From contig CAZWXQ010000001.1 of the NCBI GenBank assembly GCA_964637955.1, positions 21,936-85,935 of the forward strand: a DNA stretch of 64,000 nt, in the 5' to 3' direction. The notes under the pieces were generated by a model. The model searched no databases. It had not been told where the DNA came from and saw only the letters and a program-made list of their open reading frames with translations. Positions 56,454 through 64,000 of this stretch are shown here, in pieces. Source of the DNA: an uncultured Gammaproteobacteria bacterium (GTDB lineage: Bacteria; Patescibacteriota; Microgenomatia; Levybacterales; UBA12049). The position numbers were made by a program, and so were the translations under genes. Every line of letters starts with the position of its first letter. The stretch's first letter is position 1.

Positions 56454-57686
56454 TTACAGAGCAAAGAAAAGAAGAGTTCCAATAAGCAATAATATTCCAC
56501 CAAGTGCTCCGATTCCTATTAAAGCTTCTCCTGGTCCTGTCGCAGGCATAGGGGAAGGTGATTCTTCTGTCGTAACTATTTCTGAATCTTCATCTGAGTT
56601 ATCAGTGCTTGTTGTAGTAGCGCCTGAGTCATCAGAATTTTCATCAGCTAAAGTATTATTGTCTGAGTCATCATCATTATTATCTGAATTATCGTTATTA
56701 TTATCAGCATTATCGTCAGTTATGGTTATGGATTTTGTACAGGCCACAGAGCTTCCTGTTCCGCCTTGGTCATCAGTAATAATTACACTAGCTGTAAAAG
56801 AGCCAGCTGTTTCGTAAGTGTGTGGATCAGTAGTTACTGTTGCAATACTTTTAGCATTGGCTGCAGTGCTTGCAATATTAATAAATTCATTAGGTTCGAA
56901 TGTGAATTTAAAGTTTCGTAGAGTTCCATCTGAATCTGTTCCATTTACAGTAAAAGATAAATCATACGGTGCTTCTCCGGTTAGTGATCCACTTGGAGTA
57001 AGGCTATTACAAACAGGTGGTACATTTTCCCCTCCACTTGTTATTCTAATAGTTGGTTCTGGAGATAAATTTGGATCAGGAGTTGGAGACACATCTGTAC
57101 CATCGGTTATTGTCAAGCTTGCTGGAGTGCCACTAAGAAATACGTTCTCATTAAATGCATCGTTATTTCCTCCATTTATCGAGCTGACTTCTGTGGCAGG
57201 GTCAAATGTAATTTGTGAATTTTCTGCAGGTCCATCTATTACGTTAAATGTTAAAGTACCGATTTTAGTATCAGCTTGAATGACTTTGGTTGGATCATTT
57301 CCAACTGATAAAGCAACTGAAATGGTATCAGTTCCGACAACTGGGCCTTGTAAGATGGAAAGATTTGAATTTGGATCTACTACGAAGCTAGTGTTGGTCG
57401 CTTTAAGTTTAGTAGAGTCAAACTTGACCACTAACTTTATGAAATTTACCTGATTATTTCCAGGAACAATCATAACGTCAAAAGAAACGTCATCTCCCAC
57501 CTGTGCGGTGGTAGTATCTGGAGTAAATTTCATAGTAGTGTTTGCTGTAGCTTGGCTTCTACTATCTTGTTGTTGTTGAACTAGATAGATTGTTAGAGGA
57601 ATTATTAGAAGCACAACAAAAAGAAAGCCTAACAAAAGGAGTTTCTTAATAGAAATATGTAAACCTGATTTAGCCAACTTACTCAA
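56454..57686 (-). CDS. Cell-surface protein with a PKD domain, an Asp/Asn/Ser-rich acidic low-complexity tract and a C-terminal hydrophobic anchor. TTG start as in the track.
   Basis: PKD pattern (YDLSFTVNGTDSDG...HTYETAGSFTASVIITDDQGG). DNNNDNSDNNDDDSDNN tract. C-terminus ends PMPATGPGEALIGIGALGGILLLIGTLLFFAL. Confidence 0.55.
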   Translation of the reverse strand: MSKLAKSGLHISIKKLLLLGFLFVVLLIIPLTIYLVQQQQDSRSQATANTTMKFTPDTTTAQVGDDVSFDVMIVPGNNQVNFIKLVVKFDSTKLKATNTSFVVDPNSNLSILQGPVVGTDTISVALSVGNDPTKVIQADTKIGTLTFNVIDGPAENSQITFDPATEVSSINGGNNDAFNENVFLSGTPASLTITDGTDVSPTPDPNLSPEPTIRITSGGENVPPVCNSLTPSGSLTGEAPYDLSFTVNGTDSDGTLRNFKFTFEPNEFINIASTAANAKSIATVTTDPHTYETAGSFTASVIITDDQGGTGSSVACTKSITITDDNADNNNDNSDNNDDDSDNNTLADENSDDSGATTTSTDNSDEDSEIVTTEESPSPMPATGPGEALIGIGALGGILLLIGTLLFFAL

Positions 57687-57784
57687 TCGTATAAAAATAC
57701 TATATATGTGTCAAGAAATTTTGTGGAAATTGTCGTTAAAGTGCTTACTTGAGGCGATCTGTTTGAATTAATATGTCTTCCTTC

Positions 57785-57813
57785 TTGACAAGGAGTAAAA
57801 AATATTGTATAAA
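57785..57813 (+). promoter_or_regulatory. Sigma70-type promoter of groES-groEL (TTGACA-N17-TATAAA)
   Basis: TTGACA at 57785-57790, a 17-nt spacer, TATAAA at 57808-57813, and a 44-nt leader to the groES ATG. Confidence 0.55.
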
Positions 57814-57857
57814 TTAGCAGACAAAATGTCGGACTGATATTTTGTTTTTTTATAAAT

Positions 57858-58160
57858 ATGGTAAGCAAAAGCACAATAAAACCACTTTTTGATAACGTAT
57901 TAGTTAAGCCTCTCGAGGCTGTAAATACGACAGCTTCTGGAATCGTTCTTCCAGATAATGCAAAAGAAAAACCACAAATTGGCGAAGTTATGGCCATTGG
58001 ACAAGGGGTAATGGATGATGGTGAAATCGTTAAAAATTCTATGATAGTTAAAGTTGGAGATAAGGTAATGTATAAAAAATGGGGAGCAGACGATGTTAAG
58101 GTAAACGGACAGGACTGGCTAATTATAAAACAATCTGATATATTGGCGATTACGGAATAG
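57858..58160 (+). CDS. groES: Co-chaperonin GroES
   Basis: IKPLFDNVLVKPLE...GIVLPD...GEVMAIGQG. Confidence 0.9.
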   Translation: MVSKSTIKPLFDNVLVKPLEAVNTTASGIVLPDNAKEKPQIGEVMAIGQGVMDDGEIVKNSMIVKVGDKVMYKKWGADDVKVNGQDWLIIKQSDILAITE

Positions 58161-59810
<1,650 letters not shown>

Positions 59811-60726
59811 GAGAATCTTCCAGCTCCTAATATAGTAAAAATATGATTTATGCTTATGCCAAGTTCTCCTGCTGTGCGAGCTAGTAATTTAAATTCCAGA
59901 GAAATACTCTCTATGTGTTGGGCTTCTATTCCAAATCTATGAAAGGCATCACCCATCTGGTCAGCCATTCCCACTACTTTTTGGTATGAAGGTCCAAGTT
60001 TTTGCTCAAGCTGGGGCAAGGCACTTTTAACTGTACGTAATCTAGAGTCTATTTCTCCTTTTCTTGTTCTCGTTCCTTTTTGAAGTTCTGATGATCTATC
60101 ATGCGATGCATTTGCTCTTCCAGCTACTCTTTGGGTAACAGTTTTAATTCTACTGTTTAATTCATCTAATTTATCCTTTCTAGCTTGCGGATCATCTATT
60201 TTTAAAGCTTCTCGGATGTCATCTTTAAATGCTTTTAAAGCTTCACCTGTAAATTTTCCTTCTTCACTTTTTATAAATGCTATTTGTTCGTCGGCATTTA
60301 TTGATCCTATGGTGCTAGTTGTTTCATCAATCTGTTGTGCTGCTCTCCTGGCAATTTCTTCGCTTGCAAAAGCCGTGTCGCGTGCATTTCTCGTAATGTT
60401 CCTTTTACTAAGGAGCCTCTCTGTCTCAATATTTCCATGGGTTCTTTTGATTTATTTATTGCACCTACTGATTCTTGAATTCTTCCACTTCTATCGCGAG
60501 TAAATCCGAAAAAAATTTCAATTTTTTGGCCTACCTCATCTAATAAAGCTTCTCTGTCTGGAAGCCTTGGTCCTTCTGTGGTTTTGGTCGGATCTGGAGC
60601 TGGTGGTGCGCTAGCAGGGGCTTCGATGGGCACTTCTGGAATAATATCTGGAGCAGGTGCGCCTCCTTCTGGATTTACGAATTCAGTATTTGCCGGAAGA
60701 AGAGAATTATTGTTTGGATCATCCAT
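59811..60726 (-). pseudogene. Split or frameshifted gene. The N-terminal ORF (60307-60726) and the C-terminal reading frame (59811-60451, which has no start codon) overlap by 145 nt in -1 register.
   Basis: Hand translation shows both frames open across 60307-60451. The downstream frame has no ATG/GTG/TTG for ~145 codons. The combined product would be ~305 aa. Confidence 0.45.
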
Positions 60727-60865
60727 AAATTTATCATTTCAGAATAAAATAAAAGTGTCAAACAATTTTTATTACAAGAAATTTATTTCTATATCATAGC
60801 TATAGATTATTAATCCAATCTAATCGTTGACATAACCTCACTCAAATTATATACTTCCCATCATT

Positions 60866-61612
60866 ATGACGGCAGAACTAGATAAATTAGCAGCATATAA
60901 GTTAAGTATTGGCGATGAAGTAGGAGCAGCTGTTTTCAGGCACTTAGCTGGAAGAGAAAGGCTTGTTGGTACTCCCGAAGTATTATCACCTGAAATCGAT
61001 GGCAGAATTGAAGCGTTGGGTCTAGTAAGGGTTAAGGAATTATTATCTATTGCAGCAGATAGATTTGTGAATTTCGGATTTGCTCAAAAATTAGGTGTTA
61101 GGTCAGAGGATTTATGGGATCGGATATATAATTTAGCTGAGGCTCAACCAGAAGCTTATAAAGGGAGATTTGATATTCCTGTAATAAATTTTGGTGACAC
61201 CATTCCAATTAAAGAGCAATATGAGATGATTGGTTTTGATGCTTCAAGACTTGAAGGTCTTCGAATAAAAGATCATCCAGTTCATCATGTTCCTTCTACT
61301 CTTACTTTAGTTTGGATGAATGATGGAATTCAAAACTCAGGAAGATCTGTAGCTTCAGCTAATGAAAACCTTGCACCTGATGAAAGAGGTGCCACATTGT
61401 ATGACGGAGTGGGCTTAATGGTAGCAGATATAGATATATTAGATAATCAATTTATTGATTTGCCTGGAACAAGTTTAATAAAAGAACTTCGTGAGCAGGG
61501 TAGAGAAATTCATGCTCCAAATCTTAGAACCAGGAGAGGGGATTATATTGTAGATCATTTTGAGCAGAAAGCGCCAATTGAATCATATGGTTCAGCTACC
61601 TGTGCAAGATAA
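60866..61612 (+). CDS. Hypothetical protein (higher GC)
   Basis: 248-aa ORF with non-repetitive composition. Confidence 0.45.
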   Translation: MTAELDKLAAYKLSIGDEVGAAVFRHLAGRERLVGTPEVLSPEIDGRIEALGLVRVKELLSIAADRFVNFGFAQKLGVRSEDLWDRIYNLAEAQPEAYKGRFDIPVINFGDTIPIKEQYEMIGFDASRLEGLRIKDHPVHHVPSTLTLVWMNDGIQNSGRSVASANENLAPDERGATLYDGVGLMVADIDILDNQFIDLPGTSLIKELREQGREIHAPNLRTRRGDYIVDHFEQKAPIESYGSATCAR

Positions 61613-61635
61613 TTTAAATATTCGTCTAAGTATTA

Positions 61636-62358
61636 TTATTTCTTCTTAGTGTAGTCTTTAAGTTCAGTTAGTCTTTTGTGAATTTCATTATATTTATCTT
61701 GTGAGATTTCATTAATTGATAAGTAATAATCCAGTAACTTTTCTAGAGTTAATGAAAAATGAAGTTTTATTTTATTTTTCTTAAGCTGTGCTTCTCCGCC
61801 TTGTTCTCTGTCTATTAAAACCACAACATCTTTTACTTTCATTTTATGTGCTTTAAAGAAATTTGCAGCCTCAAGCTTGGATGTAGAAGTAGTGATAAGG
61901 TCATCCACTAGTAGAACGGTTTTCCCTTTATCTCGTGGCCCTAAGCCATCGATGTGAGCTCCAGATCCATGATCTTTTTTGTCAATTCTAGGTGTTACAA
62001 CGCCAATCATAAGCCTGTCAGAAAGTGAAGCTGCAAAAGGAGAACCAGCTGTTGGAACGTCGGCAATTAAATCAAACTTCACGTCTTTTATTAATTCTTG
62101 ATAAACGTCGATTGCTACTTTTTTGGCTCTTGGATATCTTCGAAGAAGTCTTAAGTCAATATAAATGGGTGAAAGTGGAGCATTAGGGAATTCTTTATGT
62201 AATTTTAGTTTGAAATCACCAAATTTAAATGCACCAATTTCAAGGAGGTTATCAGCTAAAAGCTTTTCATTTTTACTAAGTTTAATTTTTGGTTTAGTTA
62301 CTTTTTTAGTTTTAATAATTTTTTTATTAGGCATTTCTTGCTTTTTCAATTTCTTCAT
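61636..62358 (-). CDS. pyrE: Orotate phosphoribosyltransferase with an N-terminal Lys-rich extension
   Basis: PRPP-binding motif TVLLVDDLITTSTSK and DREQGG. Confidence 0.8.
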   Translation of the reverse strand: MKKLKKQEMPNKKIIKTKKVTKPKIKLSKNEKLLADNLLEIGAFKFGDFKLKLHKEFPNAPLSPIYIDLRLLRRYPRAKKVAIDVYQELIKDVKFDLIADVPTAGSPFAASLSDRLMIGVVTPRIDKKDHGSGAHIDGLGPRDKGKTVLLVDDLITTSTSKLEAANFFKAHKMKVKDVVVLIDREQGGEAQLKKNKIKLHFSLTLEKLLDYYLSINEISQDKYNEIHKRLTELKDYTKKK

Positions 62359-63202
62359 TTAGATCTATAGCCTTTTGTCTTGCCTTAGCAGCGAAATCGG
62401 GACTGCTATCAGCAAATATAATAGCACGAGAAGTATGAATTATCATCCCTTGTTTTTTACTATCCATCCCGGCTTTGACAGTTTTTTCCACATCTCCGCC
62501 TTGAGCTCCTATTCCAGGAATTAAAATTGGCATGTCTCCTACGATTTTTCTGATTTGTGCCAATTCTTTTGGATATGTTGCGCCGACTACTATCGCGCAG
62601 TTTCCATTTTCATTCCAATTTTTAGTTATATTTTCGGCAACTTTTAGATAAAGAGTTTTATTTTTTGATACCATTAAATCTTGAAATTCACCTGCTCCAG
62701 GATTTGAAGTTCTTACCAAAATTATTACACCTTTATCTTTATAGTTTAGAAAACTTTGTACTGCTTCTTTTCCAAAATATGGGTTTACAGTAATAGCATC
62801 GAATTCCATTTGATCGAAATATGCCTTTGCATAAAAATCATTCGTAGAGCCGATATCTGCTCGTTTTGCATCAATAATGACAGGGATTTCAGGATATTTT
62901 TTGTGAAGATATTGAATTGTTTTTTCAAGAGCAATCCAACCTTGAGTTCCTTGCTCTTCATAATGGGCGATTTGAGGCTTATAAGCGCAGACCAGATCAA
63001 ACGTGGAATCAATAATAGCTTTATTGAAATAAAAATATCTGTCTTCCGTCTTTTTATATTTCTTTAAAATTACTTGAGGAATCTTTTCAATTACTGGATC
63101 AAGTCCAATGCAAAGAAATTTATTTTTCTTCCAACCTTTTTCAAGTTTTGTATAAAATTTTGAGCTAGCCATATCAGCAATATTGTTATTATAGTGGGCC
63201 AA
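62327..63202 (-). CDS. pyrF: Orotidine-5'-phosphate decarboxylase (type 2, long form)
   Basis: CIGLDP and DAKRADIGST motifs. Overlaps pyrE by 32 nt. Confidence 0.8.
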   Translation of the reverse strand: MAHYNNNIADMASSKFYTKLEKGWKKNKFLCIGLDPVIEKIPQVILKKYKKTEDRYFYFNKAIIDSTFDLVCAYKPQIAHYEEQGTQGWIALEKTIQYLHKKYPEIPVIIDAKRADIGSTNDFYAKAYFDQMEFDAITVNPYFGKEAVQSFLNYKDKGVIILVRTSNPGAGEFQDLMVSKNKTLYLKVAENITKNWNENGNCAIVVGATYPKELAQIRKIVGDMPILIPGIGAQGGDVEKTVKAGMDSKKQGMIIHTSRAIIFADSSPDFAAKARQKAIDLNEEIEKARNA

Positions 63203-63271
63203 ACCAATTAGTCAATAAGATTTTTAAATTGAACTTAGTGAGCGTCCTATGTTATTATTTAACTTCAAGTT

Positions 63272-64000
63272 ATGCTTCGAAAATTGTTACTTTTCTTAAC
63301 TCCACTCCTTATTCTCACAGTACTTTTTTTAGTAATAATAATTATTATTAATCGTGAGGGAGGAAAAGGTGCACTCCAGGTAACTTCAGTGCCAAACTCT
63401 CAGGTTTTTCTTGACGGAAAGTCGATCGGAAAAACTCCGCTTTGTCTTTGTGAGCTTCCTCAGTTAATAAAAGTTGGAGAATATGATCTTAAATTAGTTC
63501 CTGAAGGAGATGACTTTAAAGAGTATTCTCAGAAAATAAAAATATATCAGGGAGTTTTGACAGTGGTAGATAGAACTTTTGATAAACAAACGAGTGCAGC
63601 ATCAGGAAGCTTAATAACACTTTCAAGTATATCGGATAAAAATAAGTCTGAGCTTATGATAATCTCTTTTCCTAGCGGAGCACAGGTCGTCTTAGACAGT
63701 AATATAGTTGGGAGTACGCCACTTCTTCTTGAAAATGTTACATCTTCAGATCATGAAATAAAAGTTATAAAAGATGGGTATAAGGAAAAAATAGTAAAAG
63801 TAAAAACAGTTCCAGGAAAAAGACTCGAAACGACAGTTAGTCTTGGAGTGAGAACTGATTTGGCAAAGGAAGCACCTAATGCTTCGCCAGCTGCGAGTTT
63901 GGTTACAAAAGTTGTGGTTTTAGATACACCCACAGGATTTCTTAGAGTAAGAGAATCAGATTCTTTAAGCTCTGCTCAAGTTACGACAGTAAAGCCTGGA
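63272..64000 (+). CDS. PEGA-domain protein, 3'-truncated by the window end
   Basis: N-terminal TM, then two PEGA repeats (VFLDGKSIGKTP...LKLVPEGDDF and VVLDSNIVGSTPLLLEN...HEIKVIKDGYKE). The frame is open to position 64000. Confidence 0.6.
   Translation, partial: MLRKLLLFLTPLLILTVLFLVIIIIINREGGKGALQVTSVPNSQVFLDGKSIGKTPLCLCELPQLIKVGEYDLKLVPEGDDFKEYSQKIKIYQGVLTVVDRTFDKQTSAASGSLITLSSISDKNKSELMIISFPSGAQVVLDSNIVGSTPLLLENVTSSDHEIKVIKDGYKEKIVKVKTVPGKRLETTVSLGVRTDLAKEAPNASPAASLVTKVVVLDTPTGFLRVRESDSLSSAQVTTVKPG

Noticed and set aside
56605-57279. Plus-strand ORFs 56605-56817 and 56818-57279
   Set aside because: They are antisense to the PKD surface-protein gene, and the repetitive acidic tract keeps the opposite frame open. 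These are spurious.
57814-57857. CIRCE/HrcA operator in the groES leader (TTAGCAGAC-N9-GACTGATAT)
   Set aside because: It is only a 6-7 of 9 match to TTAGCACTC-N9-GAGTGCTAA, and the two halves are not reverse complements of each other. Not reportable as CIRCE.

Overview
The window is 64 kb of low-GC (~30%), gene-dense bacterial DNA. Gene content suggests a small-genome, possibly Patescibacteria/CPR-like organism: type IV pilus PilN/PilO, several large GT-C-like polytopic membrane proteins, LCP, MurJ, FemAB-like transferases, and small metabolic genes. This lineage call is inferred from content, not from a search. I support about 75 coding regions, one tRNA-Asn(GTT) and no rRNA or CRISPR. Core genes present are groES/groEL, lepA, rpsT, murJ, tpiA, uvrD/pcrA-like helicase, dus, and pyrE/pyrF.

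Accessory content:
- N-glycan/mannoside catabolism: a GH125-like fragment, a GH130 enzyme, a transglutaminase-like protein and a 2-hydroxyacid dehydrogenase at the left edge.
- Oxidative stress: a nickel superoxide dismutase pair (sodN with its maturation peptidase sodX).
- Surface proteins: two paralogous tandem-repeat proteins and a PKD-domain protein.
- Frameshift: a split gene downstream of groEL.

The most distinctive sequence-level observations are:
1. A mosaic, slightly higher-GC accessory tract of ~9 kb ending at tRNA-Asn. Nearly every intergenic region there carries members of one repeat family that includes degraded copies of the tRNA-Asn 3' half and of the tRNA's own terminator, so it resembles att-site relics.
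2. A genome-wide promoter pattern in which an extended -10 (TGnTATAAT) sits 6-8 nt from the start codon, i.e. leaderless mRNAs. This also lets me correct several start calls.
3. A tightly overlapping 8-gene minus-strand operon linking pilN/pilO to an FAD oxidoreductase and three GT-C-like membrane proteins, a candidate pilin or envelope glycosylation system.
4. A cluster of two FemAB-like aminoacyl-tRNA-dependent transferases, a divergent Cys/Met-family PLP enzyme with an N-terminal extension, and an AstE/AspA-like deacylase.

All functional calls come from motif and family recognition by eye. No database search was run.
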